A stretch of 64,000 nt of DNA. It comes from an uncultured bacterium (GTDB lineage Bacteria > Babelota > Babeliae > Babelales > Babelaceae). The translations under genes and the position numbers were made by a program. The stretch lies in contig CAWKFG010000001.1 of assembly GCA_963848965.1 (NCBI GenBank), positions 320,001-384,000 on the forward strand, read 5' to 3'. Below are positions 9,721-19,340 of this stretch, one piece after another (the stretch's first letter is position 1; each line of letters begins with the position of its first letter). The notes beneath the pieces were generated by a model. That model worked only from the letters and a program-made list of their open reading frames with translations, made no database searches and was not told the origin of the DNA.

Positions 9721-9852
9721 TTATCGGACAAACAGAGAAATAATAAAAGTAATCAGTGGAAGAAAGAAAGGAAGGGTAGAAATAAGAGAAGATGAAGAAA
9801 GATGTGAACGTTTGTGTATTTCACAGGCATACGACGTATGTGACGTATACAT
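9721..9852 (-). CDS. Candidate 43-aa peptide with hydrophobic C-terminus (MYTSHTSY...FIISLFVR)
   Basis: Not in ORF track; AAAGG upstream of ATG. Confidence 0.3.
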   Translation of the reverse strand: MYTSHTSYACEIHKRSHLSSSSLISTLPFFLPLITFIISLFVR

Positions 9853-10153
9853 AAGGATACCTTTCATGTAAAAAAAGTTAAAATAATATAATATCATAGT
9901 TTATAGTATGCGATAGAATTTCAAAAAGTCAAGAGTTTTTTGAAGTGTATTACATTAGTACATGAGGGACTCTCTTGGGTGGGATTTTTTAGATATATCC
10001 TTAATATACGCATGAATAGCTATAAAGAAGAAAATTATTTGTCCGTGGTGCAAGACACTAGTATGAAAGAAGCAATCTAATTATTGCTATCTGGCAATAT
10101 GGTTGAGTATGCTAAAGATGATACTTGTATATGCTCAAAGATAAGGGGGAAGT

Positions 10154-10360
10154 ATGAGCAAAAAATTATATTCGTTTTTAGCAGGTGCTTTTACCTTGTG
10201 CGCTTTTAATCACCGGCTTCAAGGATGCCCAATTTGTATAGATTCATTAGGTGCTATCAAAAAGCCATTTTTCTGTTCTGATGAAGAGCAGTTAAAAGTT
10301 CGCATAAAATCACATCAACAAGAGATACATAAACTGTTAAGCAGTGAAGAAATTGTGTGA
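10154..10360 (+). CDS. Small exported protein with CxxC (GCPIC) after signal peptide
   Basis: AAGGGGG RBS, signal-peptide-like N-terminus. Confidence 0.55.
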   Translation: MSKKLYSFLAGAFTLCAFNHRLQGCPICIDSLGAIKKPFFCSDEEQLKVRIKSHQQEIHKLLSSEEIV

Positions 10361-10541
10361 AAGCTTTGGTCTATAATTTTTTGAACGTTATTGAAAAAAT
10401 TTTATCTTCATGTACAATTGTAATAAATTGTTTTATGATATAGTAACTCAATGTACTATCTGTGCATAAAATAGGTGTGAGAACAAAGCACACTAGGTAT
10501 AGGGGAATAAAAAACTTCAATAATATAGCCAAGAAATAAAT

Positions 10542-12623
10542 ATGATAATGAAAAGCTTACTATTATTAGTTCTAGTCTCTAGTGGTTATACTTTTGCTAT
10601 GGAGAGTGAACATGCGCCTATTCAAGAGCAAAGTACCCAAAAAGATTCTGCAGAACTTCTCTCTGGACAAGCTTCTAAGAAAGCAAAATTTTCTGGACAG
10701 CAAGGAACTTTTGAATATGTTCATTCGTGTGAAGGATGTGGTACTTTATTTAGTCAGCTACCTGATTTACTAGGACACGAACAGTTCTGTGATGCGTTAA
10801 AAAATAAAGAAAAAAATCACTTAGGAGAGTTACAACATGCTGAGATAACTATACCATCTATGAATGGACATAAGGAAGAAAATGGTACGACACCTATGGA
10901 ACTATCATATATGCCCTTCAATGGAGCTAGTTTTACATTTCCTCCTGTTGTTGTACACTCAGAAAGTGCTGACATTGATAATGCTGATGAGGAGCTAGTA
11001 TCTATAAAAATTATACCAACTCCAGAAGGAAGTTTATTTCAGTGTGTACCTTGTGATGCTCTTTGTACTCAAGCAGAACAGATACGAGCGCATCTTCATG
11101 AAAAACATTATAAAAGAAAAAAATTTGTATATGAATCAGCTAAAAACAGGTATAAGTGTGATCAATGTAATGCAACTTTTGAACTTCCTGCACAAATAAG
11201 AGACCATCTTTTAAAGCACACAAAACAAGCGAGATTCTCGTGTGAGATATGTGATAAAGATTTTAAGCTTAAATCTGAATTAGAAAGTCATAAGAATAGT
11301 CACAAAAAAGGGGAGTCGTCACCGAGCGTTACTACTCCTGTAAGCACAATTCTGCCACCACATATATCACCAGTAACAGTTCCCCTTAGTACAGTGGGAA
11401 CACCTCATTGGCAAAATTTTATCAGTGTTTTGGGTAAGGAGCCCGAAAAAGTTCCTGAGCAACCTAAGCATTCTACGAGAGCTCCAACGTTGGCAGAAAA
11501 GTTGGCAGCTTTGAGAAATTCTAGAGAACTTCGTGTAAGTACTCCCGCCCAAGCGCTACCAAACACATCTATTACTCAAGGGATAGTACTTAATAACCTT
11601 AAAGATTTAGTTAAAAAAGAAGAACCTAAAGTAGTTTCTTCTCCTTTATTAATACGATCAGTATCAGCACAAGGGATTGTTCCTGAGGTTGATATAGCAG
11701 GGTATATAGACATTAAGCTTGCTGGTGCTTTTATAAACAAAGCAATTGAACTTGTCCAAAAAAGTTTGGGCTATAAGATACCTTTAGATGAAATAAATGC
11801 ACTTTTGGTTAAGGTATATGAAGCTCTTATTCTCCAGAGTATTGATGGGAAAATTGATAAAAAACTTGTAGACAATATGAAGTCGTATATATTTCAAAAG
11901 ATGGTATTTGGAGCCACTACAGCTACGCATAGTTTGCCAGATGTGCTCGGTACTCTTACTAAGCATTATAAAGCACATACTTTTTATCTACAGTCTGTAA
12001 ATCAAGGAGATGATTGGTCCTGTGGTTATTGGGCTGTATTTAATGCGCTTGCTTTAAACTATCTTCTTGAAAAAGGCTATGCTGTTACCTCAGACCATCT
12101 TCAGACACTTACGCATGATAAAGTCAGAAAACTAATTTCTAATGTGCCTAAACAGTCAATTGATGAAGCTCAGTTAATGGCTCTTATTCATGCTCAAGAG
12201 TTAAAAGATGTGTTTATACTAACTTTTAATCAAAAGAATAAAAATGAACAATCTCTTTTGGCATGTACTTATGAAGGTCCTTATGATGAAAAAGAGGATA
12301 GTAATCCGTATTCTACGGTAACATTTACTCAAGAGCAGAATGAGTTTACTGAGATATTTGCTTTACTCCGTGAGCGTATTAAACAAAATGATAAAGCACG
12401 TGCCTACCATTTTATTTGTAATTTAGAAGCGTATCATTGGATTCTTATCTCTATAGTAAAGCGTGTAGATAGAGGTCCTATTATAATAATTCTCGATTCT
12501 GCTCAATTTCCTGTACCACATCGAGGAAATGAACAGTATATCACATTTTTATATACGACATTTATACAGCCGTTTTATCAGCAGATACAAGCCTCTATTG
12601 GCGAGCAAAAAGAAACGGTATAA
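10542..12623 (+). CDS. Secreted C2H2 zinc-finger protein with C-terminal papain-fold (Josephin-like) cysteine protease domain
   Basis: Fingers such as CDQCNATFELPAQIRDHLLKH and CEICDKDFKLKSELESHKNSH; QGDDWSCGYWAVFN...HWILI...ILDS. Confidence 0.7.
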   Translation: MIMKSLLLLVLVSSGYTFAMESEHAPIQEQSTQKDSAELLSGQASKKAKFSGQQGTFEYVHSCEGCGTLFSQLPDLLGHEQFCDALKNKEKNHLGELQHAEITIPSMNGHKEENGTTPMELSYMPFNGASFTFPPVVVHSESADIDNADEELVSIKIIPTPEGSLFQCVPCDALCTQAEQIRAHLHEKHYKRKKFVYESAKNRYKCDQCNATFELPAQIRDHLLKHTKQARFSCEICDKDFKLKSELESHKNSHKKGESSPSVTTPVSTILPPHISPVTVPLSTVGTPHWQNFISVLGKEPEKVPEQPKHSTRAPTLAEKLAALRNSRELRVSTPAQALPNTSITQGIVLNNLKDLVKKEEPKVVSSPLLIRSVSAQGIVPEVDIAGYIDIKLAGAFINKAIELVQKSLGYKIPLDEINALLVKVYEALILQSIDGKIDKKLVDNMKSYIFQKMVFGATTATHSLPDVLGTLTKHYKAHTFYLQSVNQGDDWSCGYWAVFNALALNYLLEKGYAVTSDHLQTLTHDKVRKLISNVPKQSIDEAQLMALIHAQELKDVFILTFNQKNKNEQSLLACTYEGPYDEKEDSNPYSTVTFTQEQNEFTEIFALLRERIKQNDKARAYHFICNLEAYHWILISIVKRVDRGPIIIILDSAQFPVPHRGNEQYITFLYTTFIQPFYQQIQASIGEQKETV

Positions 12624-14988
12624 CAGAGTCAGGGTTGAGTGAGAGTGAACTAATACCTTTTTCTATAAGGAGCTCTGCAATCTCTGGAAAATCAGAAGGA
12701 GCTTGGCCACAGATGCCTATAGGAACTCCTATCCGTTGTGCAGTTGTGAGCGCTATATCAAGCATCTTTATAACTGCAGGATCCCGTTCGTCAAATTGTG
12801 TGCTTAAAAACCCAGAATCTCGATCAACTGCCAAAGTAAATTGTGTAAGATCATTAGATCCTATGGAAAAACCATCAAAATAGCGGGCAAATTCTTCAAG
12901 AAGAATAACATTTGAAGGGATTTCACACATCATAAGAATTTCAAGATTATGCTCTTTCCGTATAAGCCCATGGTGAGCGAGAGCATCTAAGGTACATTGA
13001 GCTTCACCTATAGTACGAACAAATGGGACAAGTAGTTTAACATTGGTGAGCCCCATATCTCTCCGCACTTTTTTGAGCGCTGCACATTCTAGTGAAAATG
13101 CAGGCGCATAAGTAGGATTACAATAACGTATTGCTCCACGAAAACCGAGCATTGGATTCTCTTCATCTGGCTCAAAAAACGTTCCTCCAAGTAGGTTGCG
13201 ATATTCATTACTTTTAAAATCAGATAATCGTACAATAACAGGTCGCGGATAAAATGCAGCTGCAATGATACCAATACCGTGAGCAAGTGTCTCTATAAAG
13301 AATGTTTTTGGATCTCCATAGGGACGAGAAAGCGTCTCTATTATTTTGCGTAAAGCAGGATCAGTAACTTTCTCTATATGGCATATTGCCATAGGATGGA
13401 CTTTTATAAAATTCGTGATGATAAATTCTACTCGTGCAAGGCCTACCCCATCTACCGGTAAGAAAGAGAGTTCATATGCTTTATCAGGATCTGCAATATT
13501 AAGAAGTACGGGAACAGGAGGAATTGGTACCTTTTTAAGTTCTATTTTTGTTATCTCAAATTCTTGAGCTCCTTCGTAAATGTATCCTACTGCTCCCTGG
13601 CTACAGTCAACTGTGACGAAATCTCCGTCTTTTATCAATTCTGTTGCGTCATTTGTGCCGACAATTGCAGGAATACCAAGTTCTCTGCTTACAATAGCAG
13701 CATGGCACGTTCGTCCTCCTTGATTCGTGATAATTGCTGAAGCTTTTTTCATGAGAGGAACCCAATCAGGATCGGTCATGTGAGTTACTAAGATGTCACC
13801 TTCGCCAAATGTAGTGTGTTCATGAATGCTTGTTAGAATACGAGCTTGTCCGTAAGCAATCTTTTTTCCAATACTTAAGCCTGTTAAAAGAGTATGTGGA
13901 GGTACATCTGTCTTTTTTAATGAATAGCGAATGAGTACATCGGTTTGTGCATTTCTGGCGTGCACTGTTTCAAAGCGTGCTTGAACGATGTATAATTGTC
14001 CATCAATACCATCTTTTGCCCACTCGATATCCATGGGGGACCACTTATTGCGTAGCGTACTATAGAGATTTTCAATCGTAAGTGTTTGGCGAGCAAGATC
14101 GAGTATTTCATCATCTGTTAAAGAGAACTGTTGTGCAGCAAGAGGATCTACCGATACCTCTTCTATAGGATTATGTATATCTTTTGTATAAATAAATTGT
14201 ACTTCTTTGCTTCCCAAATATTTTTTAATGATAGGACGATATCCCTGTATAAGTGTTGGTTTATGTACGTGGAATTCATCAGGATTAGCAAGCCCTTTAA
14301 CAATAGCTTCTCCAAGCCCATACGATGAAGTAATAACTACTATATCTTTAAATCCGGTATCGGTATCTAAAGAAAAAATGACACCAGCACTAGCTTTATC
14401 TGAACGTACCATTTTTTGAATACCGACAGAGATACCAACTTTAAAATGATCAAATCCTTGTTCCATACGATAGACAATAGCTCTATCGGTAAAGAGAGAA
14501 GCCATACACTTTCGTGTTGCATTCAGCACTTCTTCAATTCCTTGCACATTGAGATAGGTGTCTTGCTGACCTGCAAAAGAAGCATGAGGTAGGTCTTCTG
14601 CGGTTGCAGAAGAGCGGACGGCAACGTCTATGTTAGTACGGTTGTAATAGTCTGAAAGCCATGTATACGCATAAGCGATTTCTTCTTTAACTTCTGCTGG
14701 TAATGGCTGTGAAGTGATGAGATGACGAATTTCTGCACCAAGTTTCTGAAGCGTTTCCACTGGTAAGGGAGCTACAAGCTGTTCTACAAGATGTTTTAAT
14801 GGCTCAAGAAGGTTATTGTACTTTAAATGATACCAATAAGCATCTGTTGTTATTGCAAATCCTAAGGGAACCTTAATACCTTGATCTTGTAATTGTTGTA
14901 CCATCTGCCCTAAAGAAGCGTTTTTTCCTCCAACGAGTGGCACATCTTGCAAAGAAATTTCGGTAAAATATTTTATAAATCTCATCAA
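12595..14988 (-). CDS. ppsA: Phosphoenolpyruvate synthase
   Basis: VGGKNASLG, AVRSSATAED..ASFAGQ, GGRTCHAAI, FSIGSNDLTQ, ICGQAPSD. Confidence 0.97.
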   Translation of the reverse strand: MMRFIKYFTEISLQDVPLVGGKNASLGQMVQQLQDQGIKVPLGFAITTDAYWYHLKYNNLLEPLKHLVEQLVAPLPVETLQKLGAEIRHLITSQPLPAEVKEEIAYAYTWLSDYYNRTNIDVAVRSSATAEDLPHASFAGQQDTYLNVQGIEEVLNATRKCMASLFTDRAIVYRMEQGFDHFKVGISVGIQKMVRSDKASAGVIFSLDTDTGFKDIVVITSSYGLGEAIVKGLANPDEFHVHKPTLIQGYRPIIKKYLGSKEVQFIYTKDIHNPIEEVSVDPLAAQQFSLTDDEILDLARQTLTIENLYSTLRNKWSPMDIEWAKDGIDGQLYIVQARFETVHARNAQTDVLIRYSLKKTDVPPHTLLTGLSIGKKIAYGQARILTSIHEHTTFGEGDILVTHMTDPDWVPLMKKASAIITNQGGRTCHAAIVSRELGIPAIVGTNDATELIKDGDFVTVDCSQGAVGYIYEGAQEFEITKIELKKVPIPPVPVLLNIADPDKAYELSFLPVDGVGLARVEFIITNFIKVHPMAICHIEKVTDPALRKIIETLSRPYGDPKTFFIETLAHGIGIIAAAFYPRPVIVRLSDFKSNEYRNLLGGTFFEPDEENPMLGFRGAIRYCNPTYAPAFSLECAALKKVRRDMGLTNVKLLVPFVRTIGEAQCTLDALAHHGLIRKEHNLEILMMCEIPSNVILLEEFARYFDGFSIGSNDLTQFTLAVDRDSGFLSTQFDERDPAVIKMLDIALTTAQRIGVPIGICGQAPSDFPEIAELLIEKGISSLSLNPDSVIPFLFARQ

Positions 14989-15384
14989 TGTTCCAATAAA
15001 GCATTTTTTATCAATGATACTAATTTATAGCTTATGTGTGAAGAGATAAGGCAGTGCTTCAGATAAAATATGCTCATTTGGTATAATTACTAAGTTTTGC
15101 TGAATCAAAAATTATGTTACAATTAAACTAAGTTTTAATAGTAATTAAAAAATATTGTGCAGTATTTATCAAACGGTAGAGAAGAATACTGATAATGCTC
15201 TTAATTTTTCGCAGGTTTCTTTGTAAGTAAAGATACCGATAAAAAAGTGAAGAACATCAACGCCCTTCAACGACTTCTGGTAAGCCTGAAAATGAGCGTG
15301 CCAACTCTCGTAATCAAAAGTAAAAATCTATATTCTATGCGCTTCAGCCTTAAAGTAATAAAGAGCAAGTTTTCATACAATTCC

Positions 15385-16308
15385 TTAAAGATTATGTTCA
15401 ATAACTTTTGCTGGGTTATAAATAAAAGAATCAGTAGTATGCAATGAGGCTAAAAATTTACGTATATGTGGCCCATATTCAGCATCTTGTAAAGAAGAGC
15501 CTATAACTGCTTTGATCCATCCAAGTGGAGTACCAAGATCGTATCGTGTACCTTGAATTTTATAAGCAAAAACTCGTTCATTATGTTGCATCATATGAGA
15601 AAGAGCATCAGTAAGTTGCAGCTCTTGAGATGCATAGGTGCTTATCTGTTCTAGTGAGTTAAATATTTTGTGTGATAAAACATATCTACCAACGATTGCC
15701 AAAGAAGAGGGTGCATCTTTTGGATGTGGCTTTTCAACAACGTGAGAAAGCTGAAAAAGATGCGGAGTAATTTGCTTTTTAATGCCTACAATGCCATAGG
15801 AAGAAATGCATTCAGTCGGTACCTCTTGCACAGCTATAACACTTGCTTTTTCTTGTCGAGCAATGCGTATAAGTTGACTTAAGCCTGGTTGCTTGCTTAC
15901 AATAATGTCATCAGGTAATGCTATAGCAAAATATTCTTTACCAATACTATGACGAGCTATCCAAACGGCATGTCCTAAGCCAAGCGGTTCAGATTGCCGT
16001 ATATACGTAAATTGTGCAAGACGTGAAATCTTATCAACACTATTGAGCAACGAAAGCTTATCCTTATCTTTTTCTTTCAGAAGAGCTTCAAGAAACGCAG
16101 CTGTGTCAAAATGATCAACTATTGCTTGTTTATTTTTTCCTACAATCATAATAAAGTTTTGAATATCTGATTGAAGCCCCTCTTCTGCAATATACTGGAT
16201 CGCAGGCTTATTTAAAAGGGGCAACATCTCCTTGGGTATAGCTTTGGTATAGGGTAAAAATCGTGCTCCTATACCTGCTGCAGGCACTACTACTTTCACA
16301 ATCTCCAT
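15385..16308 (-). CDS. galU: UTP-glucose-1-phosphate uridylyltransferase
   Basis: PAAGIGARFLP.TKAIPKEMLP, PLGLGHAV, VEKP, GRYVL. Confidence 0.93.
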   Translation of the reverse strand: MEIVKVVVPAAGIGARFLPYTKAIPKEMLPLLNKPAIQYIAEEGLQSDIQNFIMIVGKNKQAIVDHFDTAAFLEALLKEKDKDKLSLLNSVDKISRLAQFTYIRQSEPLGLGHAVWIARHSIGKEYFAIALPDDIIVSKQPGLSQLIRIARQEKASVIAVQEVPTECISSYGIVGIKKQITPHLFQLSHVVEKPHPKDAPSSLAIVGRYVLSHKIFNSLEQISTYASQELQLTDALSHMMQHNERVFAYKIQGTRYDLGTPLGWIKAVIGSSLQDAEYGPHIRKFLASLHTTDSFIYNPAKVIEHNL

Positions 16309-16327
16309 TCTTGCTCCTTTTTTGTTT

Positions 16328-17368
16328 TTAAAACTGTTTCAGAAAGTCTATCCTATTTCCATGTAAGAGGCGAATATCTGTAATACCATATCTAATCATT
16401 ACTAATCTTGTTAATCCCATACCAAAAGCAAAGCCACTCCATTCGTTCGGATCTAAATTACAAGCCCTTAAGACGTTTGGATGGGTGAGGCCTGCACCTC
16501 CAACCTCTATCCACCGTGTTCTTTTGCATACAGGGCATCCTTGTGTACAAAATGGGCATGACATGGCAATGTCTACCCCAGGCTCTACAAAGGGGTAATA
16601 GCTTGGACGTAGTCGAATAGTGAGGTCCTTACGTTCAAAAAGTGCTTGAAAAAAAGTTTTCATGGTGGCAAAGAGCTGTGCTAGTGATACATGCTTATCT
16701 ACAAAGAGCCCTTCAAGCTGCATAAACATAAACTCGTGGGAAGCATCTGTTGCTTCATTGCGGTATGTTCTTCCTGGTACTACTATAGCAAGAGGAGGCT
16801 TTTGTTTAAGCATCGTGTGAATTTCAACAGGAGAGGTATGAGTTCTTAAGAGAAGCCCTGGCAGAGTAAGCCAAAAAGTATCTTGCATATCTCGAGCTGG
16901 ATGATCAGGAGGTATGTTCAGTGCCTCAAAATTATGGAAATCAGTCTCTACTTCTGGCCCTTCTACAATAGCAAAGCCCATACTTATAAAGATATCCTCG
17001 ATTTTTTCTATAGTGGTTGTGTAAGGATGCAAGCTTCCATGAAGCTCTGTGGTACGATATGCTGTTACATCAAACGAAGCTTCTTGTAATGCTTGATGTG
17101 CAAATTTTGCTTGTGTGAGAGCCTCTTGCTTTATTTTGAATGCTTCTTGAGTATGTTCTTTAAGTGTATTAAACAGTGGGCCATACTCTTTTTTTTCCTC
17201 TAAGGAAAAGCTTTTCAGCTGATGCATAAATTCGCTTATAGTGCCTTGCCTACTTAAATGCTTTATTCTAAAATGTTCTAATTGCTCAAGAGAGGTAACG
17301 CAAGAAAGCTCGTGTAGAAACTCTTTTTCATACTGTTCAAGCGACTTTTTTATATCATCCATACTCAT
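16328..17368 (-). CDS. pheS: Phenylalanine-tRNA ligase alpha subunit
   Basis: HPARDMQDTF, LLRTHTSP, YPFVEP, GFAFGMG; start trimmed to ATG 17368. Confidence 0.96.
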   Translation of the reverse strand: MSMDDIKKSLEQYEKEFLHELSCVTSLEQLEHFRIKHLSRQGTISEFMHQLKSFSLEEKKEYGPLFNTLKEHTQEAFKIKQEALTQAKFAHQALQEASFDVTAYRTTELHGSLHPYTTTIEKIEDIFISMGFAIVEGPEVETDFHNFEALNIPPDHPARDMQDTFWLTLPGLLLRTHTSPVEIHTMLKQKPPLAIVVPGRTYRNEATDASHEFMFMQLEGLFVDKHVSLAQLFATMKTFFQALFERKDLTIRLRPSYYPFVEPGVDIAMSCPFCTQGCPVCKRTRWIEVGGAGLTHPNVLRACNLDPNEWSGFAFGMGLTRLVMIRYGITDIRLLHGNRIDFLKQF

Positions 17369-17519
17369 ATGCCATTGCTTAAAAACTAACCAGATACTTT
17401 TCTGCGCTCTTAAGACTAACAAACGGCGTATCAATTGGCAATGGGGATTGAAATAGTTCAAGAAAAAGAGCTTAATTGCTTGACAAAAATGGCTAAACAG
17501 GTACTATTAATGATGTAGA

Positions 17520-17594
17520 GCCGAGGTAGCTCAGTGGTAGAGCAGAAGCCTGAAGAGCTTCGTGTCGATGGTTCGATTCCGTCTCTCGGCACCA
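17520..17594 (+). tRNA. tRNA-Phe(GAA)
   Basis: GCCGAGG acceptor, GAAGC-CTGAAGA-GCTTC anticodon arm, GGTTCGATTCC, CCA. Confidence 0.96.
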
Positions 17595-17602
17595 TAAAAT
17601 AA

Positions 17603-17635
17603 AAAAAATCTCCAGACAGCATCTGGAGATTTTTT
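17603..17635. terminator. Bidirectional terminator
   Basis: A-run-TCTCCAGA-CAGCA-TCTGGAGA-T-run between convergent units. Confidence 0.8.
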
Positions 17636-17647
17636 GTTACCTAAATC

Positions 17648-17866
17648 TTAGTAGCTGTCGTCTTCGTCAGCGCCAGAATCGTAGTCATCGCTGTAGTCAT
17701 CACCTGAACCGTCCATGTCGTCAGTTGTGCTACTTGTTTCAGTACCTTGTTCTTTTGAATAGCCAACGCTTGTGTCATTGTCCATACGGCCATAGCAGAC
17801 TTCGCATCCTGCTTGAGCTACTACAGGAGTAAGAAGTAATGTAAGAGCGAATAATTGTTTTTTCAT
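17648..17866 (-). CDS. Small exported protein with CxxC and acidic Asp/Ser/Tyr tail
   Basis: AAAGGA RBS, signal peptide ...VAQA, CEVC, DDYSDDYDS. Confidence 0.7.
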   Translation of the reverse strand: MKKQLFALTLLLTPVVAQAGCEVCYGRMDNDTSVGYSKEQGTETSSTTDDMDGSGDDYSDDYDSGADEDDSY

Positions 17867-17888
17867 GATAAATCCTTTTTATGCAATA

Positions 17889-18038
17889 TTAGCAGCAAGT
17901 GTTACAGTTTTGTTGACAACAGTCATAAGAATAGTTATAGCAGCAATTACCACCGCCAAACCAGCCAAAGAAGAATGCGTTTGCTGAAGGCGCTATAAGT
18001 CCAACAGCTAGTAGGGTTAAAGCTAATAGTCTTTTCAT
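17889..18038 (-). CDS. 49-aa exported Cys-rich peptide MKRLLALTLLAVGLIAPSANA-FFFGWFGGGNCCYNYSYDCCQQNCNTCC
   Basis: Not in ORF track; AAAGGA RBS, AxA cleavage site, 7 Cys in the last 18 residues. Confidence 0.75.
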   Translation of the reverse strand: MKRLLALTLLAVGLIAPSANAFFFGWFGGGNCCYNYSYDCCQQNCNTCC

Positions 18039-18118
18039 ATTAATTCCTTTCTTTAAAGGTTATTTGAGTTATATAAGTCTTACTATTTTCAAATAGTAGA
18101 TTATTGTGCTTTAAAAAG

Positions 18119-18346
18119 TCAATAATTTTTACCTTTTTTAGTTAAATTTTTTTTTGAAGAGAGATTCATAGGCAATGGACATTGAGAACATGTAGTCATG
18201 CTTCTTTTTGTTAAAGAGGTTGTAGGTTGTTGACAGGTTAAAGAAAGGGTTTGAGAAGGTATAGAGCAGGACTGGCACTTGTTTTGTCCTGTAGGTAAAG
18301 AATCAATTGTACAAGAACCACCGAGTGAAATAGTTATTTTTTTCAT
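18119..18346 (-). CDS. Small Cys/Ser/Thr-rich protein
   Basis: GAGGA RBS; CQSC and CSQC motifs, 6 Cys. Confidence 0.55.
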   Translation of the reverse strand: MKKITISLGGSCTIDSLPTGQNKCQSCSIPSQTLSLTCQQPTTSLTKRSMTTCSQCPLPMNLSSKKNLTKKGKNY

Positions 18347-18428
18347 ATATTCCTCAAAATAAAGAGTCTTATATTTTTTATCAGTGTACTCTATAAGAGT
18401 ATTTATTTTGAAGAATTAGAGTAAAAAG

Positions 18429-18455
18429 CTACGGACAGGGTAACCCTGTCCGTAG
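18429..18455 (-). terminator. Rho-independent terminator
   Basis: CTACGGACAGGG-TAA-CCCTGTCCGTAG with T run on minus strand. Confidence 0.75.
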
Positions 18456-18481
18456 AGGTAATGTACTAAAGCTGGAATACG

Positions 18482-19069
18482 TTATCGAGCATATGCTTCA
18501 GCTGGTTGAGCAACTGGGTCAGCACTACTGTCACCCAATGGTGCATCTGCTGCAGTAGCTCCTGCATTAGGTTCAGGAGCTACTTGACCTATTGCAGGTA
18601 CGACCGCCTCTCCTCTTACTGGCCTATAAGCAGGTCTGTCGACTAGCCCGTTTGATAGTGGTTGTGCTACAGGACATACGCCAGTAGCGCATGGTGCTGG
18701 AGTTGGTTCAACAACAGGGCATATAGGTTGTACGCATGGTAATGCAGGGCATGCAGGAAGTACTTGTGGGCAACAACCAGGTTTTGGTCTGCAGCAACGA
18801 ATTCTAGGACAGCATACGGGCTTTGGTCTGCAAATACGTGGAGCTGGAACTATACAGCGAACTCGTGGCCTGCAGCATACTGGACGGCATATAAATAATG
18901 GCCGAGGACAGCGTACCCGAGGTTTACAAATTCGTTTAACTACTGGTGTTGGACAACAGGCAGGCAGTGGTTGTGGACAGCAGTCTGCTGGACCATTTGC
19001 AATAGCAAGAGCACTTTCTTGCAGAGCAAACGTTACTATAGTAAGTAATAAAAGTTTTTTACGTATCAT
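18482..19069 (-). CDS. Exported Cys/Pro/Arg-rich repetitive protein (22 Cys)
   Basis: AAGGGGGG RBS before MIRKK, signal peptide, CCxPR/CRPKP repeats. Confidence 0.75.
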   Translation of the reverse strand: MIRKKLLLLTIVTFALQESALAIANGPADCCPQPLPACCPTPVVKRICKPRVRCPRPLFICRPVCCRPRVRCIVPAPRICRPKPVCCPRIRCCRPKPGCCPQVLPACPALPCVQPICPVVEPTPAPCATGVCPVAQPLSNGLVDRPAYRPVRGEAVVPAIGQVAPEPNAGATAADAPLGDSSADPVAQPAEAYAR

Positions 19070-19340
19070 TTTCCCCCCTTTACTAGATATAGTTTTTTCT
19101 AAGCTTAGTAGCAGTACCTTATACTTAGTGTACCGTAAGCGACTGTAGAGATTCAATGTTTTTCAATGAAGCACTGTGCTTGTGAAAAAGGGCCCTCGTT
19201 ACGTTATAAATGCGATAGGGGAAATATATGTTTCTTTTTCATACAAAAAGGAAAATTAATAAATTTTATGATGACTCTTTTAATTATTAAAAAGATGTAT
19301 TATGGTGATACGGTAGTAATGAGGTACTTAGTTTGTAAGG

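Noticed and set aside
13960..13985. PpsA QARFETVH where QARPETVH is usual
   Set aside because: Single substitution with all other catalytic motifs intact; cannot infer an effect
15000..15384. ORF 15247..15447 and possible minus-strand gene remnant between ppsA and galU
   Set aside because: No RBS or recognisable motif; frames interrupted by stops
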